From Bugula neritina (lineage: Eukaryota; Animalia; Bryozoa): a stretch of 64,000 nt of DNA. The position numbers were made by a program, and so were the translations under genes. The DNA is taken from contig OZ037765.1 in NCBI GenBank assembly GCA_964035545.1, forward strand, positions 33,603,504 to 33,667,503, in the 5' to 3' direction. Positions 36,801-48,630 of the stretch are shown here, in pieces (the stretch's first letter is position 1; each line of letters opens with the position of its first letter). The notes under the pieces were generated by a model. That model was given only the letters and a program-made list of their open reading frames with translations. It did no database searches and had not been told where the DNA came from.

Positions 36801-39800
36801 ACGGAGGAAGATATTATAATGGTGGCTAAGATGAAGATACAGAGAAAGAGAAAGGGAGAGGGGGGAGGGGGCAAAAAAAGGTTAATGGATACAGTGAAGG
36901 ATGGCATACTGAAATGTGGTTTCTCAGATGAAGATGTTGACAATAGAATCAGATGACACTCTCTGATAACACTTGGTGCCCTGCAAAACCGCTACTCATC
37001 CTGGACCACAGCGTACTGGGTGAGCCCTATAATGAACAATTTGCTGCCTTCCCATGGCCTCTCAGGGGCAACAATGTAAAATATCGGAAAGGGAGTCATA
37101 CTAAATGTCTTGGTAGAAGGAAAGTGTGATTTGGTGACACTAGTGCTTTTTTTCAGGATGACTATTCATACAAGCTACCAAGTTTATGCTATGTTGCTAC
37201 AATTATGCAAAGTGCTCCTCCATGACATCTACAAGACAAAAGGTTTGGGAAACCAAGGTCAGCAATGCTATTTGCAATGTGCCTTTAACTTATGGACTTT
37301 GCCTCCTACAGATGAAGCTATTGGACAATGTCACCAGAGCACACCTCCAGGTAGCCATATGAAACTGCGGCATTAAACCCACTGGAACATTGGTAGGTGA
37401 TAGGGAATCTAATAGAATCTCTTTTCCCAAGAGGAGTAGGAAATGATGTTGTGCTTACACCAGTCAGTATCATGAAGTGGATCATGTTAGTTAATTTGGT
37501 GTGCACTCGACGACTCTGGCTTTTGGCGAGTTTTTACAATTTAGCTGCTATATTGTATATATACTTTTGCCTCAAACTATCAAAATTTTAACAAATAAAA
37601 CTGAATAATTAAGGCTTTTCCAATTATGCGTGATTTTCTATGTCTATTCCTAATTTATTATTACATTGGGATATTATATAGGCCGTGATGATTCACAAAT
37701 GTATATTTAGCTCGTATGACAATGACGCCGCGCTTAAATGTTGCAGGACCTCTTCCCAGTCATTTTTGTTATGCATAGATAGAATCAACGAATTCTATTA
37801 CCCCATATAGTAAGTTTTTATGAATTTTGAGCAAACTTTAAAATGTTTGATCATAATCTGCTGATGTATACTAAATAAAGTAAAATGGCCGAAATTCATT
37901 AAATGCTCCTGTGGAAGCCAACAATCATGCAAAACAACACGATATGGCTATTCTAGTACATCTATCCCATGCACAGAGTTCTGCCCTTGTGAAGCAGTAG
38001 CAGGAGTGTGCTGCAATGAACTAACATTTCTAATAAATGCTAATGATAGAAAAAAAATGAAAAAGGTATTTAATATGAATATATGAGTAAAAGTTTGTCG
38101 CATTTGTACGATTATATGTATGTTCAATTTTAACTTTAGCTGAGCAATATGCTGCATCTGTATCTTTTTTCACTTTCTATTCACTGGCAATAAGCAAATT
38201 TTTTCTTTATATATCTGTCCAGTGTCCAAACAGTTATTCAAAAACCTTGTATCATTTTTCTGCACCATATGTGATGTTTTATTGAAGCAATTCCGATTTT
38301 TGAGCTGAGAAACATGTCTCTTGGGTCTTTACTTTGATTCCTTTTTACTGGCATGACACATATTCATTCCAAAAGTGCGCATCTATTTTTTTCTTCAAAA
38401 AAATTTTGTTTTTGCAACATAATATAGACTTTATGCCGACTAGATTACGATTTTGTCATATTTGGCGGCCATCTTGGATTTTTCGAAATGCTCAAAGGTG
38501 GCAGGTCCACACCCACCTGGAAACATCTACCTGGACCCTCAAGATAAATAATCAAAAGAGAAAAAAACTTTATCCGAGATTGCGAACCTAACCCCCAGTT
38601 CTGCCAGACTATATGGGTAGAAACTGTTAAGAATGGCAGCATCACTATAAAATGACTGACACAAGCCCTTGTGCTCAAAAATGCATTGAAAGACATATTA
38701 TAATGCTGCTGCAATACATCCTGAAGTGAATGTCAGAAATCTCAAGTGCACTGGTGTATGTCAATGCAGGGATTGTCTAAACAGAAGATACTTTGGAGGA
38801 AAATAAGCAGATGAAATTAATGGCAGCAGTAATATAATTATGGTAAGAAAACTCTACACAATGGAACACTACTTTGAAAATTTTGTTATATAGTTTGCTC
38901 CCTAATATTTTTGTGATTTCGAAATGAATTTAAAGAATCTTGTTACTTTTTACAGATATTTAGTGATCACCGTCAGATCAATAGAAGACTCATTTGGTAA
39001 GTTCTCAAAAGCTGTCAACATGTAACGATAGTATATGTCTTTTAAACACTTGATTCTTTGACACATCATCATAAAAAGCTTTTGATCTTACATAACTATA
39101 GCTTCTTTAATAAACATATTATGTAGGCTTCTGCCAAATATTATAATGTGCCATCCATATAGCAAACATGTGTTTCTATTAACAACTCTAAAATAGTGCT
39201 TTGCAATTTATAGATTCAGAATCAGTGTAGAACTATAAAAAAGAAACAACCAATTTTGATTTGTCACCAACTCTTATTGTTTTTATAGAGGGCTAGTTAG
39301 TTAATAGTAAATGCTTCTTTTATTACCCATCAAAGATGTCGATTTGCGTTTTTGTGCAGAAGCTTGAGTTAGAGTAGAGATAGAATTCTAGAGTATAATA
39401 TGTAAATTTTGATCTAGAATAACAACTTTTTTTGAGTGGCGACCTAGTAAAGTGTAATAAGGTGAGTTTTTGAGCACTTTTTAGGAGGTTACTTCTAGAC
39501 CAATTGTATAAGACAGGAAGATCAGGCTGAGTACAGGTAATACGAGTAAGCTTTGTATCTTGTATATTATTTTATATACTTTAAGTGGTGTATATATATA
39601 ACTTACCAGGAGATAATAAAAATATTGTGAAGTAGTAATAAACATGTGACACACAAACCTATCAGGTAGACTGGATATTCTACATTCTCTCATATTCAAC
39701 TGTTTAAGTGATGTGAGTGATGACACATCATCTGGTACTCTGTTGAGAGTATTGTATCCTATGTTTAGTTTCTCTAACTGAGTCAGCTGATTGAGACTGT

Positions 39801-42800
39801 AATATATAGTTATACTATGGGAAAAGAATAAAATTACACATCACATATGTATATTATGCAGCACAGAGATATGCATGGGACCACAACTCATATTATACTA
39901 ATACAATATCTATTAGTTGTCAAAGTTATAATATCCCAGTTAAACTGGTGGCTTTAGCATCTAATATGACTTTTACAAATAATTATACTTGATTTTTGTG
40001 TATGTCAGAATATTAAAAATGTGTGATTCACCTATGAAATTTTTACAAGTCTGAATAATTCTACACATGGTCATGCATAAGGGTGCTTCTCGAAATTACT
40101 GTGGTCCACCCTTACCATTTCATTGCATAACACACGGAACTCAGGCTGAGTACAGAGATTATAGCTATACTTTGTATCCTGTATATTATTTTGTATACAA
40201 TAAATTGTGTATAAATAATATAGTTGAAAGGAAGGCAATTATGATGTGAAGTAGTAATAAACATGTGACACACAAACCTCTCAGGTAGACTGGATATGCT
40301 ACATTCACTCATATCCAACTGTTTAAGTGATGTGAGTGATGACACAACATCTGGTACTGTGTTGAGAGTATTCCATCCTATGTCTAGTTTCTCTAACTGA
40401 GTCAGCTGACTGAGACTGTAATATAAAGTTATACTATGACAAGAGAGTAAAATTACACATAACATGTATTTTATACAGCACAGAGATATGCATGTGACCA
40501 CAACTCATATTTTACAAATAATATATTATTGATGATTTGTCAAAGTTATATCTCAAGTAAATCAATGGCCTTAGCACCTAATATGATGCTTACAAATATA
40601 CTGGGTTTTGTGTATGTCATATATAACAAAAAATGTTTTAACTACTTATGAAATCTTCATGAGTGCTAATAATTTTATTTATTGTCATTCGAGAGGAGGG
40701 CTTTCCAAATAATTGCATCCTAGCTTTACTATTTAATTGTATAACACAGGGAACTCAGGCTGAGTACAAATATTATAGCCACACCCTATAGCCTGGATAT
40801 TATTTTATATACTATATAAGTTGTGTATAAATATAAGTTACAGAGTAGTGATAATGATGTTGTGAAGTAGTAATAAACATGTGACACACAAACCTCTCAG
40901 GTAGACTGGATATACCACAGTTATTCATATTCAACTGTTTAAGTGATGTGAGTGATGACACAACATCTGGTACTGTGTTGAGAGTATTCAATCCTATGTC
41001 TAGTATCTCTAACCGAGTCAGCTGACTGAGACTGTAATATAAAGTTGTACTATGACAAGAGAATAAAAAATTTGACATAATATTTTATGCAATACTGAAA
41101 TATGCATGAGGCCACAACTCTGTATTTCACAGATATATTAATTAAAAGTAAAAATAATACCCAGATAAAGTGGGCTATAGCACTTCATATGACTATATAC
41201 TAATATGTATCTACTAGAAAGTATACAATATGCTAAGCTTTAAACGTGGTCATAATTACACTCTACCCTTACTATTTAATTGTATAACACAGAGAACTCA
41301 GGCTGAGTATAGAGATTATAGCCACACCCTATAGCCTGGATATTATTTTATATACTATATAAGTTGTGTATAAATATAAGTTACAGAGTAGTAATAATGA
41401 TGTTGTGAAGAAGTAATAAACATGTGACACACAAACCTCTCAGGTAGACTGGATATTCTGCAGTCACTCATATCCAGCTGTTTAAGTGATGTGAGTGATG
41501 ACACAACATCTGGTACTGTGTTGAGAGTATTCCATTCTATGTCTAGTATCTCTAACTGAGTCAGCTGGGAGAAACTGTAATATAAAGTTATACTATGACA
41601 ATAGAATAAAATTACACATAACATGTATTTTATGCAGCACAGAGATATGCATGGGACCACAACTCATATTATACTAATACAATATCTATTAGTTGTCAAA
41701 GTTATAATATCCCAGTTAAACTGGTGGCTTTAGCATCTAATATGAAGCTTAGAAATTTACTGGTTTCTCTTGTATGTCATAACATCCGAAATTCTTGAAT
41801 TACTCATGAAATTTTCACGAGTCCTAACACTTTTACTCATGGTAATTTGAGAGGAGGGTTCCCCAAATAATTACACTCTATCCTCATTATTGAATTGTAT
41901 AACACAGGGAACTCAGGCTGAGTACAAATATTATAGCCACACCCTATAGTCTAGATATTATTTTATATACTATATGAGTTGTGTATAAATGTAAGTTACA
42001 GAGTAGTAGTAATGATGTTGTGAAGTAGGAATAAACATGTGACACACAAACCTTTCAGGTAGACTGGATATACCACAGTGATACATATTCAACTGTTTAA
42101 GTGATGTGAGTGATGACACAACATCTGGTACTGTGTTGAGAGTATTCCCTCCTATGTTTAGTATATCTAACTGAGTCAGCTGAGAGAGACTGTAATATGA
42201 AGAAATAGCATATAGATTACACTAGTGCTGTATAGTGTAACAGCATAGTGACACATAATGTATGTCTACTATAAAATCCCCAACAAATTCATATATAAAT
42301 CATACAATGAGTGGAAGTGCTCTGACTCAGATATACTCAACTAAATACTCACTTATTCAGACTCTCCTTGTCAGTTATATTACTGAGTACCAAACAAACA
42401 GCATGAGAAGCAATCTCTCCTATATTCTTAGGAACTGTCCCCTCTAACTTGAGGTGAGTGAGTTGATAACTCCCAACTTGAGTCTTTACTTCACTCAAAG
42501 TATATGATTTGGTTGTAGCATTGTATACATCTTCCAAGTCTACAGGATCCTGTCCAGAATGTCTGAACCAGATTCTGAAACTCTCTGTAACAACACAGAT
42601 ATTGTATTATCATCATACAGAGGCTGCAACTAATGCTTATGATATTCTAAATGTGTGGCTACACTTTCTTTTTACCACAACTTTATCACAGCCAGTTAAT
42701 GCAGGTTAAATAATTACAGATGGTTCACAGTGTATTCTACTTCATGTATAAATATTTTGTCAATCTCTCAATAATCGCCAAACCCATTTAGTTGCAGCTG

Positions 42801-43623
42801 CTATAATAGTTATCAAATACATTTTTTATAATCAGTTGAAAGAACTTTGGACCTACCGGACAGCTCGAGTATTAGAAGTCATATATATATGCTAAGTATA
42901 ACTATACCAGTCTGTGATAAACTCATAATGGTCAACTCTGTACACATGACATGCAGTTTAAACAGGCAATTATTGTGAATGTTTTTAATTACAGAGACCA
43001 CTTTTTAAGTCTATATAACTGCCTTTGAAATTGTCTAACATTTTATATAGTATTTTAAAGCAGAAAATCCACCTTATAGTTTAACAAAAAGTTGGCTTTT
43101 AAACCAGATTTGGTTGGGTGTTACACATTTTACCATGCAATCATTGTGTTGCTTTTCATCCTAAAGACATGACATGACCATCATAGTTAATATTTTAGCT
43201 AATGAGCGTCAATGCTATACCACGCTCTACTTTTCTACCACTATACTATTAGGAACGTAATCCCAGCATGTTATTTGGAAGAAAGTGCTTTTGGTATTTT
43301 TCCAAAGCTCTTCTGATATATTCAAGTAATGCAGGATTTATATTCATATATAGCAAGATATAGTTGCTTACTTAATGTAGCCAACCCAAGTTTTTTTTTC
43401 TACACTCTTTTGTGACATCTACCGGTTGTTCTGCTTGTAGCTAAAAGCCTCTAATCTATATAATGTGTTTCTTTTTAAATTTTGCATCAGAAAAGATTAT
43501 GTTTTCAGAATATTAGAAGCATGAAATGCATTTAGCTTTAGTCCAATTTAACAGAGAAAGAAAAACACTACATTGAATACATTAGAATAATGGTAGATTA
43601 CCTCCAGAAGTGTCTTCTTCCAT
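26701..43623 (-). CDS. Gene A: LRR-ROC-COR-caspase fusion, ~1336 aa. Coding exons 43602-43623, 42353-42584, 42052-42189, 41437-41574, 40894-41031, 40278-40415, 39659-39796, 30298-32327, 30062-30139, 29717-29859, 29088-29261, 28051-28282, 27651-27800, 27212-27321, 26701-26850
   Basis: All junctions GT-AG and phase-compatible; total 4011 nt = 1337 codons ending in TAG. An in-frame TGA lies upstream of ATG 43623. Exon sizes are reproduced in paralog B (the ROC exon is 9 nt longer there). The acceptor of the 27651 exon has in-frame alternatives. Confidence 0.85.
28051..29261 (-). CDS. Gene A caspase large (p20) subunit exons (29088-29261, 28051-28282)
   Basis: YRMSETARGKVLIINN, RTGSNVD, LMSHG (catalytic His), GKPKVVIVVACRS (catalytic Cys). 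Confidence 0.92.
28490..28940. mobile_element. Foldback/MITE-like inverted repeat in a caspase intron
   Basis: ~28528-28689 is the reverse complement of ~28743-28905 (e.g. GGCTTTGACTTTACC / GGTAAAGTCAAAGCC). Paralog B has only one arm (~55440-55690). Ends approximate. Confidence 0.7.
30298..32327 (-). CDS. Gene A large exon: last LRRs + ROC GTPase + COR
   Basis: LRRs, then SPPYEVCQQG cap, P-loop GQTMSGKTS, FIDFGGH (DxxG), LVLTHLD (ROC G4), COR motifs IPRTW and YMHNCGMLLWY, C-terminal CPHC. Confidence 0.92.
32500..33388. mobile_element. Non-autonomous DNA transposon (MITE) flanked by TA; paralogous copy at ~59199-59997
   Basis: GGGGTAAC.GGGCAAAA...TTGTGCCCC...CCCC termini with repeated subterminal GGGCA(A/C)AA motifs. 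Same site in genes A and B. Confidence 0.65.
33389..33870. repeat. 19-bp minisatellite (TACATTACTATACATAGTA), paralogous to 59998-60280
   Basis: About 25 tandem units. Confidence 0.93.
34962..38611 (+). mobile_element. Second Academ-like family nested inside copy 2
   Basis: TIRs TAGTCTGGCAGAA / TTCTGCCAGACTA extending >150 bp; TSD TAT. The empty site is visible in the paralog at ~62640. Decayed transposase: SSRTAKLW, DMTIEVTFVRFGHSKG, LPPTDEA, KCSC...CTEFCPC. Confidence 0.8.
36640..37030 (+). mobile_element. 3' fragment of a non-LTR (RTE-like) retrotransposon inside the nested Academ
   Basis: Decayed frame MRRRPLQ*YGHVRRRD...KKRLMDTVKD...DVDNRIR* resembles the RTE-type RT C-terminus (RLRWYGHV.RR...RW.D.V). 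Confidence 0.6.
39659..42189 (-). CDS. Five tandem 138-nt two-LRR exon cassettes of gene A (39659-39796, 40278-40415, 40894-41031, 41437-41574, 42052-42189)
   Basis: Each is TACAG|T...AG|GTTTGTGTGTCACATG, phase 2-2, 46 codons = 2 x 23-aa LRR; unit spacing 543-619 bp. Confidence 0.93.
42353..42584 (-). CDS. Gene A N-terminal cap exon (degenerate LRR, no signal peptide)
   Basis: SFRIWFRHSGQDPVDLEDVYNATTKSYTLSEVKTQVGSYQLTHLKLEGTVPKNIGEIASHAVCLVLSNITDKESLN; same 232-nt size in gene C. Confidence 0.8.
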
Positions 43624-44293
43624 GTTTGACCTATATACACTTCATTGAGTGTTGAATATCATCTACATTATAGCAGTTGAATCTCTTCTTTGTAGCTATT
43701 GGTGTGACTAATCTTTTGAATAACCTACAAAACAAGATAGATTGAACATTGTTTAGTATTTTCATATAAATGATAGCTTTCACAATAATTATATGCTGAA
43801 AGTGTAAATATATAGGAAAAAACAGTCTATACTCAAGATGGCATCAGCTATTTTAAATCATTTGTAATAGTTATATATATCAGGGTCATTCCATGCCAAC
43901 TCAACAAGGTTTTTGAGGATTTTCACGAACCCGTCTCAGTTTTTTTCAAGACTCTAGTATGGTATTCCAAAATATGTCAATTGGAAAAAATATCAAATAT
44001 TACCCCGTAATTCCCACTAGTTTTGTATTTATGGCACTTTTTGTGAGCAAAGATTGGTAAAAAATCGGTACTTTTTTTATAGGTTTTGGTACCGAAGGTC
44101 AACGTCGTGGATTTGTGTCTCAGAGACAATCCAAGACAAACTTTTTATACTTTTATGGATAAAAGTTCTACATAATTTTATTCAAATTAAAGCAAAGAAA
44201 TTGCCATAAGTGTTGACAAATATTTTCTGTTGCATAACGTTTTTAGGTCAAAAATTTGTAATTTTTCAAAACCGTCAATTTTCTGGCACTTAA

Positions 44294-45061
44294 AGGATTG
44301 CTCTATCTTGTCTAATAAATGGCCATTTAGGTCAAAAACACATAATATTGTGTTTTTCTAAGCATGCATTGACAAAAAGCATTTGACCAAAGGTAGAAAA
44401 AGTTAGTTGAAGTTGAGGGTGTAGATTGGTAACAGCCAAAACGCCGATTTTGAAATGAGCTGGGAAATGTGACGTAACAGCGCCAGCATTCCTGCTGGTC
44501 ACGTGACTATACAAATGAATAACTATAGAAATATGACTGTGACATGTGATCTTTCAGCTTGTAATTTGTATATTTATAGAAGTGCAAATGTGAATTATCT
44601 CAATCTATAGTTTTTGACATTTTAAATAACATGTATGTGATAACTTTAGGCCATATTTTGCTTGTAAACATTAGAAAAAAGCATTGCAAAAACATGCATT
44701 CTTCAGGATGAATGCCTGCGATCGATCTAAACTAGGTCAGATTGTGCAATATTACGGGCACACCAAAGCTGACCTATATAGCGCACTGTAACTGCTTGAG
44801 CGTTATTGGTTGATGTTGTGCTCAGCAACCTTGAATACTAGCGTTATAGTTAGCACGTGCAGCATAGTTACTGGCGTTCACACGTCACGTATTAGGCTAT
44901 TCTTTTTCATGGCTGAAAATTTTACCTCCCTCAAAATTGGAATTTTGAAAAGCTATTTTCTAGGCACATATTCTTTTGCAAAGTCACAATTGTTTGCATA
45001 CACATTATATTATAGTTCATAATTATAATGTGATTGTAATAAACTAAGATTGAGCAATCCT
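44294..45061. mobile_element. TTAA-targeting MITE (Kolobok-like) nested in the left TIR of the above
   Basis: TTAA|AGGATTGCTC...GAGCAATCCT|TTAA. The opposite TIR shows a single TTAA empty site at ~47194. Internal GTCACGTGAC palindrome. Confidence 0.8.
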
Positions 45062-46238
45062 TTAAAACTCACCTTTTACAAATAGCTATGATCTTGGTAT
45101 TTTTTACACCTATCCTAAAAACTATGTTATATATATCACATTAGAAAAGTTTCAGCTTTTTACTGGCATAAGTTTCATCACAATTGCGTGTTGAAATCCT
45201 ACAATTTTGAAATTATATACCATTTCATGAGGAGAAAACTCTATGTGGGTATAAATGAACTTTTTTAAAAACAGTTTCATTTTAAAGATGTTGGCATATA
45301 TATTGTGTTATATTAAAAACTTTTTCTATTGTTTTATTTTTGCCTATATTTAAAACTACACTTTATACAGTTGCTGAAACATGCATAAAGTCATAAAAAA
45401 TACCAAAGATTTTTACATATTATCTGCAATCATTTTCACAACATTTAAATTTAATTTGGATCTCAGTAATCATTGTATTTCATAAAAGTGATTTATGTCC
45501 TGACTGGTTGAAAAAGTGCTCCACTAAGCATGAAATCTGAAATCATCTTCATGATTCACGAAATTTGCAACTGTTTTTGAAATTCTTATATTAGGCAGCT
45601 GCTCCGTCAGAGAAATAATGAATTTTCTTCAAGTGAGAGACATTTTCTTCACCAGATTCAGGACTGTTTTCTAAAACATGCTGATGGAAACAGTGTCATA
45701 TTTTGCAAACAACCACTTATTATACACATGCAGTAATTAAGTTTAATCTCCAAATCTTCAACAGGATATGCCACAAAGGGATTTACGGCAGGTTAGGAAT
45801 TTTCCCAGTGAAACCACTGCACTGAATTGTAACAATTAGTTCTTCAAAACCAAAAATTGTCAGGCCATAGCATGTTATGTCTATGCACCTAAATATGTAA
45901 ATTTCAATATTTACGCAAGATTTTTTGGTTTATCAAGAAATTGAGAATTTTTTTCTCTAATTTACTATATAGGCCCTACATAGTTGAAGAAACAATTGCT
46001 AAAGCCCGCATTTCTCCTTCACTCCATCCTTCACTCACTCATCCACACCCTCAGCCACCCATCATCTCTTACCTTCTTCCACACACATACACACACAGAC
46101 ACACACACACCCACCCTGTAAAAAACCTGCTCTCTCAGTTTGGCTGGCTTGCTAATAATAAAATACATTTTGTCAGTATGCCTCGTGAAGGTATCTCTAC
46201 TTGATAAATTTACAAGTTGGTGATTGTTTGGTAAAGGA

Positions 46239-46412
<174 letters not shown>

Positions 46413-47654
46413 GGTGCATGGGGAGCAAGTGAGGGGGGTACAAATGGAAGGGCAGAGAATAATGAGAAATTAATATACTGAAAGCATTGAACCTATCATG
46501 TCGCAGCATGACAAAATACATTAATTTAGTGGAATATTTACTCATGAGAAAACAATGTGCAAACATTTATTCTTTGAGAAATATAAATTTATACATATAA
46601 AACCACAAGTGATATAATTGTAATAATGTTTTTTTCTATTTACTAGATTTAAACCTAATATTGTGCGTTTAAATTCAAACAGTTTATACCGGTTTTTTAA
46701 AACGAACCCATTTCAATCAATCTTTATATGAAGTATATTAATGATTACTGAGATCCAAATTAAATTTAAATGTTATGAAAATGATTGCAGATAATATGTA
46801 AACAACTTTGGTATTTTTTATGACTTTAAGCATTATTCAGTATCTGTTTATATAAAGTGTATTTTTATATATAGGCAAAAATCGAAAAACGCATCAATTT
46901 AATCCAAGATTTTTCCATGAAGGAACAATACACAAATTTTCAGCTTTTTATATAACGTAATATATCCTAACATCTTTAAAATGAAACCATTTTTAAAAAA
47001 AAATTGTATATACCCACATTGAGTTTTCTCCTCATGATATAGTACATAATTTCAAAACTGTAGGATTTCAACACGCAATTGTGATGAAACCTACGCTATA
47101 GTAAAAAGCTGAAACTTTTCTAATGTAATATATATAACATAGTTTTTAGGTGTAAAAAATACCAAGATTATAGCTATTTGTAAAAGGTGAGCTTTAAGTG
47201 CCGGAAATTGACGATTTTGAAAATTTACCAAATTTTTCTACCAAAAAACATAATGCATCAGAAAATTTTTCTCAACACATATATAGCAGATTTCCTGCCT
47301 TAATTTAAATAAAATCATGTAGAACTATTGTCCATAAAAGTATGAAAGGTTTGTCTTGGATAGTCTCCGAGACACAAATCTATGAAGTTGACCTTCGGTA
47401 CCGAAACCCACGAAAAAAGTTATGATTTTTTACCAACCTTTGCTCACAAAAAGTGCCATAACTACAAAACTATTAGGAATTAAGGGCTAATATTTGATTT
47501 TTTCTTACTTGACATATTCTAGAATGCTCTACTAAAATTTCAAAAACCTGAGATGAGTCAGTTTTGGCCATGTTGAGTTGGCGTGGAATGGCCCATCAGC
47601 TATTTTAAATCATTTGTATTAATTATTCTTGCTTTGACTCTTAGTATTGACATT

Positions 47655-48630
47655 AAGTAGTCTGTCTGTGTGTCTACAGTAGGTAGTCTGTCTGTGTGTC
47701 TGCATTGAGTAGTCTGTCTGTGTGTCTACAGTAAGCAGTCTGTCTGTGTGTCTACAGTAATTAGTATGTCTGTGTGTCTACAGTAAGTAGTCTGTCTGTG
47801 TGTCTACAGTAAGTAGTCTGTCTGTGTGTCTACAGTAAGTAGTATGTCTGTGTGTCTACAGTGAGTAGTCTGCCTGTGTGTCTACAGTAAGTAGTCTGTC
47901 TGTGTGTCTACAGTAAGTAGTCTGTCTGTGTGTCTACAGTAAGCAGTCTGTCTGTGTGTCTACAGTAATTAGTCTGTCTCTGTGTCTACAGTAAGTAGTC
48001 TGTCTCTGTGTCTACAGTGAATAGTCTGTCTGTGTGTCTACAGTAAGCAGTCTGTCTGTGTGTCTACAGTAATTAGTCTGTCTGTGTGTCTACAGTGAGT
48101 AGTCTTTTTGTGTGTCTACAGTAAGTAGTCTGTCTGTGTGTCTACAGTAGGTAGTCTGTCTGTGTGTCTGCATTGAGTAGTCTGTCTGTGTGTCTACAGT
48201 AAGCAGTCTGTCTGTGTGTCTACAGTAAGTAGTCTGTCTGTGTGTCTACAGTAAGTAGTCTGTCTGTGTGTCTACAGTAATTAGTCTGTCTGTGTGTCTA
48301 CAGTAAGTAGTCTGTCTGTGTGTCTACAGTAAGTATTCTGTCTGTGTGTCTACAGTAAGTAGTCTGTCTGTGTGTCTACAGTGAGTAGTCTTTTTGTGTG
48401 TCTACAGTAAGTAGTCTGTCTGTGTGTCTACAGTAAGTAGTCTGTCTGTGTGTCTACAGTAAGTAGTCTGTCTGTGTGTCTACAGTGAGTAGTCTGTCTG
48501 TGTGTCTACAGTAAGTAGTATGTCTGTGTGTCTACAGTAAGTAGTCTGTCTGTGTGTCTACAGTGAGTAGTCTGTCTGTGTGTCTACAGTAAGTAGTCTG
48601 TCTGTGTGTCTACAGTAAGGTGTCTGTCTG
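47655..48630. repeat. 26-bp minisatellite (AGTAAGTAGTCTGTCTGTGTGTCTAC)
   Basis: About 37 head-to-tail units, no spacers. Confidence 0.96.

Larger units (their letters stand above)
34079..39502 (+). mobile_element. Degenerate Academ-like transposon, copy 2, inserted in the conserved LRR-cassette intron motif
   Basis: Same TIR family (..GTTTAGAAGTAACCTCC / GGAGGTTACTTCTAGAC..); TSD ATT. It splits the motif CCCTTACCATTTCATT|GYATAACAC seen intact at ~40110. Confidence 0.75.

Noticed and set aside
39600-42250. RAG-type recombination signals around LRR cassettes
   Set aside because: No heptamer-spacer-nonamer arrangement found. The conserved flanks are explained by splice sites and unit duplication, so somatic rearrangement is unsupported.
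26701-43623. Naming the gene LRRK2, MFHAS1 or CASP8
   Set aside because: No kinase, DED or CARD domain; orthology cannot be established from motifs alone.
47655-48630. 26-bp repeat array as CRISPR
   Set aside because: Units are head-to-tail with no unique spacers, there are no cas genes, and the context is eukaryotic.
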